Origin: Amoebidium appalachense
Taxonomy: Eukaryota > Protista > Ichthyosporea
Direction: 5' to 3'
DNA: 64,000 bases
Assembly: GCA_963693365.1 (NCBI GenBank)
Contig: CAVNZM010000007.1
Span: forward strand, 7,003,962 to 7,067,961
Both the position numbers and the translations under genes were made by a program. Shown in pieces: positions 14,994 through 45,497 of the stretch. Position 1 is the stretch's first letter. Each line of letters opens with the position of its first letter. A model generated the notes under the pieces. That model was not told where the DNA came from. It searched no databases and saw only the letters and a program-made list of their open reading frames with translations.

Positions 14994-15050
<57 letters not shown>

Positions 15051-15785
15051 TGTGTGCATGGGAGCTGCTATGGGGGGAAGGGTGGGAGAGTGGAGAGAGA
15101 AAGAGAGAAGGAGAGGGGCCGGGCCCTGGGGTAAAGAGTGAGAGAGAGGGTGAGAGAGAGGGTGAGAGGGAGAGAGAGAGTGAGAGTGAGAGAGAGGGGG
15201 GGGGGGGGGGGGGGGGGGGGAGCAGTGGGAGGGGGGGGAGGGAGGGGAGGACGGGAAGGAGACAGGGAGTGAGAGATTCATATGGAAATGACAGGAGAGA
15301 TAGGGGGGGACCCGGGGGGATGGAGGAATGGGGAGAGGGTAGAGAGAAAGTTAAGAGAGCCTCAGATAGGGGGGGGGGGGGGAGGGGGGGAGAGAGAGCG
15401 AGAGACTTTCTAGTTTGAGAAGGGAGAAAAACCATAAAAGGCCGCAGGCGTACCATCAGGCTATAGCTAGGGCCGAGGCTACCCCGGGAGGGGGGGGTGG
15501 GGGGGGGGTCTTGCACATGTGGTTTTCAGCACACTTAGTAAAAGTTTAGTGCTGAATAACACAGTTAATTGTCATGTGCATTTTCAATACACGTGTTTTT
15601 GCGGTAATGTATTCCAAAATTTTGTGTAGAACAGATCAAAGGTTTAGGAACGGGGATGAAGAAGTGGAGGGGTTATGTGTGCATTGGAGAGTGGCAAAAG
15701 CCGAAGTGAAAACATGAAATGCCACAAAAGCAAAAGCGGAAAGACAGCAAAAGATGTTTTCTTTTTTGTTGTGGAGGGGAAGGGG

Positions 15786-15829
<44 letters not shown>

Positions 15830-16109
15830 CTGTGTACAGTTTGGGGGCGGGCGGGCGGGCGGTGAAAGAGACAGAGAGAAAGAAGGGGGGGGGGAAGGGG
15901 GGTGGAGAGGAGACGAATTCCCCCACGCATACCTGATCTATTTCTGATTGGGTGGTTGCTCCTTTGTTGTCAGGAGTACTGTGTGCATATTCAGCCACCT
16001 CTACCAGCCGACCAACGGGGCAGAGCTCCTCTACCTCCATTTCAATCTCCTGATTGTAGGGGAGATCAGGCATATCCAAATCACCACGAGGCATCCAATC
16101 GTGCTCCTG
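13030..16109 (-). pseudogene. Multi-exon gene of unknown function with at least one frameshift (exons 15933-16109, 14736-~14945, ~13030-13794)
   Basis: GT-AG-bounded exons (QEHDWMPRG...SEIDQ|GTATGC; ...CGAEQ|GTATGG; CAG|QPSFTLSPAPINSEH...). The last exon is homologous at DNA and protein level to 41060-41748, and the homology continues in another frame (EPPNLMQSMTAR). It could be the 3' part of the 16.9-20.7 kb gene or a separate gene. Confidence 0.45.
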
Positions 16110-16167
16110 CTGTGAACCAAATTGGGTATAAGATAAACCGTTGTCTGCCTAAAATTCCCCCCCCCCT

Positions 16168-16226
<59 letters not shown>

Positions 16227-16899
16227 CCGCCGCCGCCGCCGCTCCCCCTCCCCTCCCATCCCCCTTTCCCCTTCGGGCCCCCACCCTCATTATGACCACC
16301 GACATCACCATCACCTCACGCAATTAGGAATCAGGGAGGGTAGGTTAGCCGGTGGTGGGTTACTGTAGTGGGGAGGCGGAAGGGGGGGAGGGGGGGGGGG
16401 GGGCCTGGAACCGTACATTGGGCTCAGGTAAGGTTGAAGTTCTGCCCCGGGGGGGGGGGGGGGGGGAGGGAGGGGGGGAGGGGGGGGGGGGGGGGGGGAT
16501 GCAATGCAATCAGAGGCAGCAACAAAAAAGCAAAGGCATGTACAAAAAAAAAAAAAAAACAGAGCAAAAAAAAGTCCTGTTGTGCTTGTGCGCAAAAAAA
16601 CCAAACCAGAGCCAATCATTGGCCCTTATTTTTCAAGAGGAGGAAATCGAAAACCCCCCTAAAAACACACGAAAAACCCTATATTTCCCCCCAAACCGAT
16701 TATCTCTTCACACCTGCTCGTCCATAGAAGGCGGAAAAAAGAAAGAAAAAAGAACCATCTCGAACCCCCTCCCCCTCCCCCCCCCCCCCCCCCCCTCCCT
16801 CCCCCACCACCACCACGACCACCCTCCCCTCCCCCCCCCCCCCTCCCCCCCCCCCCCTTCCCTCCCCCCCCCCCCAAAAAAAAAGAAAAAGAAAAAAAC

Positions 16900-20705
<3,806 letters not shown>

Positions 20706-21323
20706 TTTAAATTGGTAGGGTACCGTAAAGGCTGTTTGATGAAAATCACAGAAATGTTAGTAGTCATATAGTCCGATGCTCTTAGAAAAAACATTAAGTT
20801 CTGGGGATCTTGGTGATTCTTTTTGGGTTATGTAGTAGCTGATCGAGTGTGTGGTGTGCCAGCAAGTGTGTGGTAGGCCCTTAACGCGTAGGCCTATAAA
20901 GGTATCAAATGATTTTTTGGTATTCAGATTTGTGCCTTGGCCAGACGAACATGTACGAACAGCAGTGATAAGACGGTTGCCAATTCATCCTAGTGGCAAT
21001 TGTTGAAGCATGCTGTGTGCACACGTGAGCACCATGTCTTTTTGTATGGTGCCAACGACAAACGTTGTGTCTTTGGAACAACAGCAGTATGAGTGCATGG
21101 ATAATCATTATGATATACACGTTTTTCGGTATGTATCTGCATATGGGGCAGCTTCTATAAAACAAACACTAACGTCATTGGGTGGAGTAGTACGTCCCGT
21201 ATGATACGGTTGGAACGTCCGTGGGTTGCAGTATGTGTGCCAAGTAGGTGTCCTGCCAGTGGAAGTTGTTTTAACATAGGCGATTCCGTGCATGTCCGTT
21301 TTGCTGCGCACGCGCGCGCCGCG

Positions 21324-21372
<49 letters not shown>

Positions 21373-21748
21373 CTGCTCCTACTAAAACTGCACACGGTGA
21401 CCGTGCTTTTGTATTTTGCTTTTACATGTTTTTTCGAGTGATTTGCATAAACAAAGGTAGCTGGTGGCCGTGTACTCTAGAAGCAGGGACTCGGGCACAT
21501 TATGTGCACTTTTGTCGTCATGGAGGACACATCACTTTCAACTTGTAAGTAATCATGAGTTATAAACTCCTGATAACAATTGTTGTTTTACTTTTTTTTG
21601 TCCGACTCCAACCCGAAGAAAAAAAACAATATAGGTATGTATGCATGTAGAAAGCACGCACATGTCCATGATACTACATAGAGTTTGTCTGGGTTGAGCT
21701 GACTGACCGTTTGGCTGAGATGGAATAAATGCACTTGCCTGATTTGTC

Positions 21749-22104
21749 TTCCGTCGTTCCCTCCGTACGTCTGTCACCCCTTATGCCATATAAGTAGTAC
21801 ATGTATGCCATGCACACATACACGTACGGCTAAAATGAACAAACTCGAGCTCTAAATTTCTGTAAAGTTTCCTGGCAATGTTAAAACTGTAATAAACAGC
21901 ACATTCCCCTACCAACACTGTAGCTACATCCCGCAGCAACAGCTTTCCGTCGTTCCCTCCGTACGTCTGTCACCCCTTATGATAATATATTGTAGTACAC
22001 GTATGCCATACACACATGCGTACGGCTAAAATGAACAAACTCGAGCTCTAAATTTCTGTGAAGTTTCCTGGCAATGTTTATACTGTAGCTACATCCCGCA
22101 GCAG
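21749..22104. repeat. Imperfect tandem duplication, ~195-bp unit x2
   Basis: TTCCGTCGTTCCCTCCGTACGTCTGTCACCCCTTATG and GTACGGCTAAAATGAACAAACTCGAGCTCTAAATTTCTGT each occur twice. The second copy has an internal deletion. Confidence 0.92.
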
Positions 22105-23620
22105 CCTAGACCGCCGTCACGCAAAGCTGTGGGCGTACTACCTGACACGTACTGACGGTGTCACGCGCCATCTCTGAGCTAAACCGGTTCGCGATCGCCG
22201 ATTTTTCCTTCCTTCTTCGCAGCCCGCAGTCTTTCTTCTTCGCAGCCTTCCTTCTTCCGGCAGTCACTTCGCGTACACAGATAAGCATTGTCATTACTAG
22301 CGAGACATTTCTGCTGAGGTAGGAAGGAAAATGAGGCACCACCTCAGTAGGTGGTAGGCGTACTACATAGCAGCAGAGCCTGCAGCGCTGAGCTGGGGGT
22401 TTATGTACGCACTAATCATTGCTACATAACGGCCCGGACGTCGTCGACGTCTGAGCTGGCGCAATTGCCAGTCTGGTCGGGTGTAGGGGGACTAATGTAT
22501 TGTGCGAGAGCAATAGCCGATTAGCTAGTCGCGCACCGAAGAAATCTCCCGAGACTTCCTCTTCTGTAGGAACTGCCCTTGCATCAGTGCTGTCTCAGAA
22601 ATTGCTGTGCAATAATAGCTGTTAGTAGGCCAGTAGTTTTAGAGAAGAAATGTTGTGCAACTAAGATATATCTTTTACGAAAGTTTTCCCTACTAAATCT
22701 ATTTACTCCCCTAATAGGGGTGGTCCGTGCTTGGCTAAGTGGATTGGCTTCCATATTGAAGCAGCTCCTATTGGCTACATTTTGTGTAATCGGGGTCCTC
22801 CAAAACCCACACGTTTGTGGCGAATTGAGTAACCGAGGATTGCGGGATTTAGGCCAAGTAAATCCGTTGCAGGCATAGTACTGCGTGTGGCCTAGCCTAT
22901 ATTACATTTCAATAAATCTACGCTCCACAAGTAAGCTCTCCACAAGGGCATTTTGGTATAACGATGCTTCATTTTTTGGTATAACGAGACTCCATCACAT
23001 TGTACATATGATTGAATTTCCGTAGTAAAATTTTCCGAAATGGTGCCTCGATTTCCGGGAATGTGGATACATTATAATACATACGCACAGTCAACCCCTA
23101 TAGCTATAGAGATCATAGAAATTTATTATTATTATTTATCATTGCCTCCTAAGTATGCCGCGCATACTTGTATAGTGATTCTAAACCACCTCTATCGGTT
23201 GGGGGGGAAAAAACACAAATTCATGCGGCCAGCCCCACAAGGAGGAGTTCTGGGGGATCCACTGTCAACAGACTGCGTGCAGGCCCTGGGATAATAATAT
23301 TAGCTGATCAGTGGGCCCGGGCCCGGGGTCCACATAGGCCTATGTAAATCATGATGCATCTGCTGTACTGGCAGTCTGGGGTAAAAAGAACAAAAAGTAT
23401 ACCAACTACAAAACCTTAGGCTGGGCGTAAATGACAGTTCATGCGCAGACAGCCACACATTTCATTCACAACAGACACCCAGAAAGATAGCCTACCTGTA
23501 AATTACAACATCCTTGATTTTATACTAAACACGCGTAACTACGACCTGTTTATTAGATGTATTGATTGGCTTGAGAAACACATCACTACAAAATTATAGC
23601 GCACGCGCACACACACACAC

Positions 23621-23685
<65 letters not shown>

Positions 23686-23717
23686 CCAGCTGATACCGAG
23701 TGTCCCGAGGGGAGCCC

Positions 23718-23760
<43 letters not shown>

Positions 23761-23763
<3 letters not shown>

Positions 23764-24097
23764 GGGGAACCCCAACTAATTGATTTCTCCTTGTAGTCTT
23801 TATGGGGGGGTTTACACACTTTTTATTGCGTGGACATTGCCGGAGGCCCAGCCACATTCGACGGCCTACTGCGTTTTCCAGCACAGCCAATCAAATGCAG
23901 CCAGTGACATATGTACATGCTAGGCAACAATGAGCGCCATCGTGTGTCTCGTAGAGAAAGTAAACCCTGATATATAGTCACCACCCGACATCTATGTACG
24001 TGATCATGATATACCGCTGAGGGGATATTCCGAGCAAAACCCCCCCCCATACCTGAGACTGGTTCTCTTTGCCTCGAGTAAACAGCGTAAACCCCCC
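23761..24097 (-). mobile_element. Dispersed repeat copy 3, longest form; 23804-24097 is bounded by GGGGGGTTTAC inverted repeats (MITE-like)
   Basis: GGGGGGGTTTACAC at 23804 and GCGTAAACCCCCC ending at 24097, with AT on both flanks. It has about 140 bp that copy 1 lacks and abuts an A-run of about 40 nt (23722-23762). Confidence 0.65.
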
Positions 24098-25186
24098 ATT
24101 TCATTTGCTTTCCGATTTCCCATCATACTGAACACATACCATGACGTGCGCGACCATCAAAATATCGCGCGATCGGTCACCTGTATTCGAGTCAAATACT
24201 GTATTGATAAGTCACTGCGGCATTCCCACTTGTGACAACAGTGTTTTTTCGCTTTGTTTCTTGGGAGAGACGAGTTCGGAGGTCCGTGCCGGAGGTAAGG
24301 TCAAGTCGGTGGCGTAAGTCACGGCGGGGAAGAGCAGTGTACACGTGCTGGGGCTTGACGTGTGTGTCGGAAACTCCATACTGTTTTGCACAAAAAACAG
24401 AAAGAAACTTCCCGGGGACCGTCGATTTATGGCATTCAAGACGGCGTTTGATGGGGAGGGGGGGGGAAAGCCAAAAAAGAAAAAAAACATCGGAAAAAAA
24501 GAAGAAAAGGGAACATCGATACAAAATTTCTTCGAGAAGGTGAGTCTTATCAGGACAGAGCTCAAGCACTGTTCAAACCGTCAGAAGTAAACTGCGTGTA
24601 TACATACTGCGTGACGTAAAGTTCAACACAGCACCTCATCATGACCAGAAGCAGCACTCCGCCACACATGTGGGTACACATTTCTTTTCTTTCTGCTCTT
24701 CCTCTCCGTCTGGCTCTCCCTTTCCCTCCCTCTCTACCGCCCACTCCCTCTCTCTCCCGCACCCGTCCCCCCCCCCCCCCCCCCCCCCCCCTTCCCCCCC
24801 CTTCCCCTTCCCTGGGAGGGCTATCCCTCCCTCTCTCTCCCAACTGTAATGAGCGCCCCACAACCACCCAGTTACAACAGCGGGAATAATACATAAACAA
24901 TCGAGTTAGTCCAAGCAGTATTTGACACTTCCCTTCCCCTGGATTGATAAGTTTTTTTCGTGCCATTTATGGCCCAGGTGACCATTTTACGCACACCATA
25001 CTAGGGTGAAGGCACACATTAACCGTTTGCACGTGCGCACTTCGTGCATGGTCTCGTCCCACTCGCTCACCCTGAAATGGATACACTGAACGACACAGAA
25101 TCACACTCACACACACATCCACACACATACACACACACACGAACACCCAGCAGCTACACCGTCCACCCTCACTTCTGTGCGTTGGA

Positions 25187-37418
<12,232 letters not shown>

Positions 37419-37555
37419 GTACGTATGACCCCCGACTCCCCCCCCCTCCCCCCCCCCCCCCCCCTTTATCGCCCCTAGCTCTAACCCCATGCCATCCCAC
37501 CCCCTCCCTCGCCCCTTTCCCATCTATACCCCTTCATTCCGACCGGTAATCACTC

Positions 37556-37616
<61 letters not shown>

Positions 37617-37933
37617 AACTGACCCGGGACCCTCGAATCGACCAGGCAAAACGCACTGTGGCCTAAGCAACTGTAGCACAGGCTCGCGCGGAAACAATCA
37701 CACACACACTACACATTAGCACATGTCCATATGCACCGTTTTGCAGTCTCACAACATCCTCGTTACGACAAAGTAACCGCCAATATTATCAGACGCAACT
37801 TTTGGACGTCAAGGAGACTCGTTGCATTCGATCAGGACGGAGGCCTGTCCTGCCACATGCCTTATTTCTCGTGATTTTTTTTGTCTCAGATGCTTCTTTC
37901 TTTTTTAATGAAAAAACAGTTAACGACTAATAA

Positions 37934-37976
37934 GTCGCATGTCTAGGTATCTTGTCGCATGTCTAGGTATCTTGTC
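37934..37976. repeat. 20-bp perfect tandem duplication (GTCGCATGTCTAGGTATCTT)
   Basis: Read directly from the sequence. Confidence 0.9.
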
Positions 37977-38653
37977 AATGAATGACGATACCTAAGTTTT
38001 AAAAAGGACAACACTGCATATGGGCAAAACCAATCATTGTGCACGTGGTCACAGTCTGGCATGAATGCACCCTGCGGAGGGCTCAAAATGTCGAATTTAT
38101 AACAATGTTTCAAAACATATACAATACATTTAACGAGAGGATTGGCGTATCTATAGGTTTCTGTTTTCGGTGCAGTTCCTCATATTATATGTATCATAAA
38201 GGCTATATGACTAAAGCTTGTCATGCTATTTACTTAGAACCCTATATGACTGAGTCTTTTTTTTTTTTTTTGGGGGGGGGGGGGGGGTGCTTTCTTTCAT
38301 CTGGCTTGCCGCCTTTGGCCACATTCAATTTTTTAGCTATGCAGCATTTTTGTGCTTGCTCTGGAATAAATATTTTAATTGAAAAAGGTATCTTGGCATA
38401 TGGTTTAAGAAGCCTAAATAATGATTCCTTTCTTCTTGTTGTTCATCCATAAATGATGTTATCATCTTTATCCCCCCCCCCCCCCCCCCCCTCTTCCTCC
38501 CCCCTTCCCCCCTCCACACACACGCGTCTTTTTCTGGTGCCGATGTGAGAGTTTTTATAAATACCCGGCTGGCTCATTAAGCCAATCGTTTTTTTATGTG
38601 TGCTTTGTTCTGCTTCTTTCCCCCCCCCCCCCCCCCCTCCCCCCTGTGGGCTT

Positions 38654-38658
38654 CCACG

Positions 38659-38749
<91 letters not shown>

Positions 38750-38756
38750 ACTCACA

Positions 38757-38807
<51 letters not shown>

Positions 38808-38926
38808 TAAGGCTGCCCTTGGTTTAACCTGATTGAATAAAAGTGCATGGCCGTTGCCCTGAACCGGATCAGTACCGTCGGACCATATAATGTATCCCAG
38901 GTCTTTTGTGAACAGTGTACAGAGAG

Positions 38927-38964
<38 letters not shown>

Positions 38965-39005
38965 CTCCCCACGTCTCTTACTCTCTCTCTCTCTGTGTCT
39001 CTCTA

Positions 39006-39070
<65 letters not shown>

Positions 39071-39071
39071 C

Positions 39072-39132
<61 letters not shown>

Positions 39133-39290
39133 AAGCTGCCTTTGGTTTAATCTAATTATTAATAAAAGTGCCTGGCCGTTGCCATGAACGGGATTAGTAA
39201 CATCGGATCATATAATGTATCCCAGGTCTTCTGTGAACAGGTTTGTGAACAGTATACATAGAGCCCCCCCCCCCCCCCCCCCCCCCCCCT
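38654..39290. repeat. Tandem duplication, ~315-bp unit x2, each with (TC)n-(CA)n, a unique core and poly-C
   Basis: The core ACTAA(G/A)GCTGCC...AATAAAAGTGC.TGGCCGTTGCC...CATATAATGTATCCCAGGTCTT.TGTGAACAG occurs at ~38805 and ~39128. Confidence 0.9.
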
Positions 39291-39767
39291 GCAGCTGGTG
39301 TGCTATTTTTTTCTTTTTTCTTTCTTTCTTTCTTTTTTTTTTTTTTGTTACCTATGTAACCTTCACCCCCTCCCCCCCCCCCCCCCCCCCCCCTCCTCCC
39401 CCCACCTTCCCTCCTCCCACCTCTCCCCCCTACCAGAGTCTCTATTATATTTCTTAACCATCTGTTTTTTGTTCTGACAGTCATCTCCACGTGTACAGTT
39501 CCGTGTTTCTCCGTCTTCTGCCTTCGAACGTGTCCCATTCCTCCCCCTCCACCCCCCCAACTAATGCCACCACCACCACCAGCAGCATTTGAATAGACCA
39601 ATATCGTGGAGAAACACCAAAAAATAGAGTTATTGCAACTGCGCACAACGGCTGCCATGCATATTTTTGAGCATAATGGAGCCGGGAAGGCATAGGCCTT
39701 CCCGACTCAAGTTAGGCTAGTTTAATTTTGAGACGGGGAGGGGGGTGGTAGCATACCGGGGCGGGGC

Positions 39768-39798
<31 letters not shown>

Positions 39799-40822
39799 CC
39801 ACCGTCCCTCCGTCAGCTGGGGAAGGGGGGAGAGGAGGGAGGGGGGGGGGGAGGGGGGGGGGGGGGGGGGGGGGGGGGCACAACCATTCAGGGAGGGCCC
39901 ACCCAAAAATGTCTCATGATCACAGTAGTCTGTATATTGGACATCAACTTGAATAACATTGAATGGCACTGGCACTCTACCTCCCCTCCTACCCACAAGA
40001 GATTTAAGAGGTGCACGTGGAAGGGTTATATGTACACTGGAGGATTGCTAAATTCGAAGTGAAACATCTGACATGCCACAGGCACAACACATAAATCCAA
40101 TCAATTGCTTTGCACAAGACACTTGAACAGAACCGAATATCAGGGCAAGGAGGGGGGAGGGAGGGGGGGGGGGGGGGGAGGGGGGGGGAAGGGACGGCAG
40201 GTCATATTGTGGCATGTGGTACAAATCCTAAACCTTATCAATGAATGAAGCAAAAATGGAAAGGGGGTAATAACAGCCATACATACATATGCCCCCACAC
40301 CTTTTTTTCCGTTTGGACAGATGCAGTCACCCCCATCCCACCACAGCAGGTACCGTGTGCATCTAGACACCCTTCCACTGGCAGCTCGTGCGTGTTTCAT
40401 CCCCCCCCCCCCCCCCCAACCCCCCCTTCCCCCCCCACCCACCGACCCAGAGCCCGTACCGAACTATTGCGATTTTCTTAACTCCCGGTTCCTGCAGTGA
40501 CATAGCACTGTCGAGTGCACGTGTACACCTTCATAGCAGGCTCGTTAATATCTTAATTGTTTTCCCGTTAACCCCCACCCAACACCTCCCTCCCCCTCCC
40601 CCAAACACCCCGGCTCACACACCCTAAACCACTCATTTAACTGTGGATGGTAAAGCTGTGTGTGCATATGTGTGATTGTCCAGGTGTGTGCGCCTGTTTG
40701 GGTGTGTGTGTGTGTGTCCGTGCGTGCGTGCGTGTGTATGTGGTCTGTTCGTGTGAGTGTTGGGCGGTGGGTGTGATGTGTATACCTACTCCCTCCAGTT
40801 ATTCTACAAAATAGGGGGGGAA

Positions 40823-40859
<37 letters not shown>

Positions 40860-41059
40860 TGTACACAATAGAGGAGGGCCGGCTGCTTTGCCTCAAGATA
40901 TTTTTTTAGCTGCTTTTTTTTCCTCGGTAATACACGGAAACCCATCTTGCTCACTATTTGTTCCCCCCATTATCGGTTTCATCTCACCTTCTTGTGACAT
41001 TTTCCGGGTGCTGGCGATGAAGCGGTGTTACTTCTGTCTTCCCCTCCTTTCCCCAATAA

Positions 41060-42732
41060 TTATAACCCGGCGCAGATTATTTCACAGCAACTACCACGGC
41101 TAACATCGCGCACTCTTTCTGCCATGGTTTGCACTAGCGTTGGCGGCTCGACGAATTTTTCAGGAAGGTCGGAAAATGGCGGGAAGACTGTTGATTCGTG
41201 TAAAGTATCCACGTTTCCCTCTTTCTGCAACTGCGCCCAAACCGTAAGAGCCGACATGTGCACGCGAGTCCTCCGGGACCTACACAACGAATGTCCCTGC
41301 CAGGTTGAAACACACGCGTGCTTAGTCTTCGAAAGGATTCATCTCATATCATTTATGTGCAAAACGTGCGTTTTGATAACGGCTCTAAGCGTTGTGCTGT
41401 GGCGCATCAAAAACTTTGAATTCCCCCCAAGAGGTATACACGTCTTGTAGTTGCATGCAAATTGAACATTCGAGTACGCCGTTTCTCGGTGTGTTGGAAC
41501 TGAATGCACGCCATTTGCTACTGTCGCATTTTGAGGGTGCGTACCTCCGCCTTCCCGGTGAGTAGGGGATGTTGCGATGGTTCCCGCCCAACGTGAAAAT
41601 GAGTTTGCACACAAGTACGCATGACATTCACGGTGTGTGGTGTTCTGTGCTGGCGATGGTCCAATATCTGCTGCAAGGTGATTGGCTGGCTCGTCACTGT
41701 CTGAGTGTTCCGAGTTGATGGGTGCTGGGACAGGGTAAAGGATGGTTGCTGCAGGGAGAGAATGGAAGGATCGATAAGGAAGGGTGCATCTTGTAATATT
41801 GCACGCAGGCGGGGGGCGGGAGGGGGAGGGAGAGAGAGAAGGGGGGCGCCGGGGGGGGGGGGGGGGGGGGGGGAGGGGGGGGGGGGAGAGGGGGGGGGGG
41901 GGGAAGGAGGAGGGGTCAAGGATGGGGAGGTGGGGGGAGGCAAGATAGTCTTGTGCTTTAGGTGGAGAGAATCGGGGGTTGGAACACGTGGAGAGGAAGG
42001 GGGAGGGGGTATATGTGGATAGAAAGAGGGGGAGTGGGGAGGGGAGGGGGGAGAGGTAGAAAGGCAGAAAGAGGGGAAAGAGGGGGAGAGGGATAGAAGG
42101 GAGGGAGGGGGACTCGGAGAGAGAGGGAGAAAGGGGGGGGGGGGGGGGGGAGGGGAGAAAGAGGGGGGGGGGAGGAGGGAGCGGAAGATGTGTGTGTGTT
42201 GTGTGTGTGTTGGGGAGGGGGGAGGGGGGGGGGGGGGAAGGAGGGAGACCGGGAGAGGGGGAGGACAGAGTGAAAGAAACCGTATCCGAGGGCATAAGTT
42301 GTGCAGGCAACATACCTGCACAGGGCTGCTACCATCTGATTGGACGAGCACCTCCCCTTCAAGATCCTCGTTGCCATCCTCACCCTCACATTGGCACAGA
42401 TTCGGTTGTGCGTCCCCGCACCACCTTCCATAAATGGAAGGTCGGACAAGTGGTCGGGATTGGCATCCAGTGGGGAGATCACTTTATGATCCTGTCATAA
42501 TACCACGTGGTTGGTGAACTGGTAACTTGTAAGATAATGAACTCCTTGTCCCGAACACCGGGTTGACTACCACGTTACAGCCAAAACTCTTCCATACCAC
42601 CCCCTCTATTCACATGCTCAAAAACACATCCGGAACCGCATTTACACACCCGTTTTGTGGTTATCGTCCGAAGTCAGGGGGTCGAGGGATGAGCCTCACT
42701 GAAGTGGAGTGAGCGCGTGTATGCGCCCGAGC

Positions 42733-42781
<49 letters not shown>

Positions 42782-43003
42782 GGGGGGGGAGAGTGTGTGT
42801 GCGCGTGTATGCATCATTGCAGTGTGTGTGTGTGCTGTCTGTATGTTGTGTGTAAGGCGTGCTGTGTATATAGAAGTATCTTGGCCCAGGGGTAGCCCGG
42901 GGTAGGGCATTGGGGTGGGTGGTGGTGGTGGTGGCGGTGGTGGTAGGATTTATGCTGTTTGTGGTGGTGGTGGTCCAGGGGGGGAGGAGGGGGGAGGGGA
43001 AGT

Positions 43004-43036
<33 letters not shown>

Positions 43037-43239
43037 CTGACCTCCAAACCCACGCATAACGGTTGAAACGGTTTTGTTTCCTCGGGCCACGAAGGTGTTT
43101 CGAACATGCACCCGGCAGGTGGATATTGTGGTTCATCCGTGGTGGCAGATTCAGCCGGGCAAATCGTAGCCTGGGAAAGGGTCTGTCAGCTGACGATCTG
43201 ATATTATATATTTAAAATGTGGCTACATTTTTGTGGTTG

Positions 43240-43306
<67 letters not shown>

Positions 43307-43408
43307 CGTCGCATAAGGGAGAAACGGGGAAGCAGTGGATGAAGGGGCGTTTTTTTTGTGCGCGTGTGTATGTATATATTCCAAACGCTTGTGTTTCTGT
43401 GTGTGTGT

Positions 43409-43443
<35 letters not shown>

Positions 43444-43867
43444 CTCTATGCCTGCAGACAACGGCAAATCCCTGACACGTGAACGAAAGATTATTTTCTG
43501 GCGAGGGCAGGGGGGGGGGGGGGGGAGGCAGAGGGTGGGGGTGGCGTGGGGCTGTGTTGGGCCCGGGGGGGAGGGGGGAAGAAGGTGGGGGGGGAAGGGG
43601 GAGAGGGGTGGAGGGGGAGGAGGGAAGACGGCGTAGACGGGAAGGAGTGAGAGGGGAGGGGGCAGGACAAGATCCAGCTACCTGCTCGTCAGCACTGGCT
43701 CGTTCTGGTTGGCAGATATCTGCCCCATCCCCGTTGCTGTGGAAGTTGGTGTCCTGTGTTGGACAATGAGAAGGGATGTGCTGTCTGATTGGTGCACCGG
43801 ATGCACCTTCAGACTCATTTGGGGGGTTCTGGGTTTCGCTCACAAACACAGTTGAGGCCGGGGGGTC
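41060..43867 (-). pseudogene. Degenerate paralog of the 13.0-16.1 kb gene (exons 43682-43867, ~43047-43190, 42316-~42490, ~41060-41748)
   Basis: PAPINSEHSDSDEPANHLAADIGPSPAQNTTH vs PAPINSEHCDSDD--IDLAADFGPSPTQNTTH; LRAVIKTHVLH vs LLAVIKEYTLH; EPPTLVQTMAER vs EPPNLMQSMTAR. The splice acceptor before QPSFTL is shared. It contains a frameshift and an in-frame TGA at 41339-41341. Confidence 0.5.
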
Positions 43868-44225
43868 CTGTAGAAACAAAGAGGTTAGGTTGTGATTAGT
43901 TGGAATTGGTATGGTTTTGGATTTATAAAACCACACATTCACACATGAAACATAGCACAACTGCCCCCCACCCCCCCCCCCCCCCCTCCCGTCCACACAC
44001 ACAGACACACACACACACACACACACATGCACACGCACACACACAGGGTTGGGAGGGAGGGGGGGAAGCGAATTTGAGGGTAAAAGGAAGAGATGGGAGG
44101 CTGAGAGCAGAATAAATGGGAAGGGCAACCGGTAAGAAGGGAACACACAATGAGTATGCATCCGGCAGAAGAAGAGCACCAGCACTAACTTAAATGGGTG
44201 GCCAAAACTTTGAAAGTGTGTGCGA

Positions 44226-44358
<133 letters not shown>

Positions 44359-44382
44359 TGTGTGGGTGTGTGTGCGCGCGCG

Positions 44383-44478
<96 letters not shown>

Positions 44479-45239
44479 CAATGTGTGTGGTGTGTGTGTA
44501 TGATGGGGGCGGGGAGAGGAAGGGGGGAAGATATGTATCAGTGGCCAAAATGGAACTTCGATTGAATTCCTCCCCCCCCTCCCCCCGCCCCCCCCCCCCC
44601 AAAAAAAGGTAACGAAAACATGTACAAGTTTGGTGGGTGGAAAAGAGACTCTGGTCATCATGATCACGCAGCAGTGTTGGCGAATGGGTGAGGGTTTGAG
44701 GTGCCAGGCCGGCACTGGTTCTTTTATCCCGTTTTGTTCGTGGAGGGACCCCCCAAGGGGGCCCTCACAGGAACTACCGTCTTCCACACATCACCGACTG
44801 TACCCTAGTCAGGGTGCCAAAGGTTCAATCAGCTAAGATATATTATGTAACACATCGTTACCAATTTGACAGTTAGCACATAAGCATGCCGCTACTCAGT
44901 ACTCGGATTCAGTAGTACATTATAGTAGTACAGTGGGGCTTGATTATTGATTCGACCACCAATAAAACCGACTCGTTGAGAAGGCCCGTCCTGTTTAGTG
45001 GGGACACATTGTAACCACGAACGGTTTTTGACGGTCATCATTTTATGTATGTACATAGGCATGCAGGATGAAAAAGGCTGTGTTGCGTGTTGTGTTTCCG
45101 CTATTGATATTCATATCTATCTGCACGGTGAGATACTATCTCTTCTCTGTCGGCACGGTGCTATGCTTGCTGGGAACACACTTCAACTGGGCATGCAGCC
45201 ACCAATCTCTCTCTCTCTCCCTCTCTCTCTCTCTCTCGA

Positions 45240-45497
<258 letters not shown>

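Noticed and set aside
22106-22342. Basic - strand ORF (RRKAAKKK...RRRKEK)
   Set aside because: It derives largely from short CTTCTTCGCAGCC-like repeats, with no supported splice partner or recognisable domain.
44670-44775. + strand PVLFVEGPPKGALT, resembling the missing Ldh_2 middle segment
   Set aside because: The match is short, has an upstream stop, lacks the LID..G.PT and HKG motifs and has no suitable splice sites. It is more likely chance or the antisense of a - strand exon.
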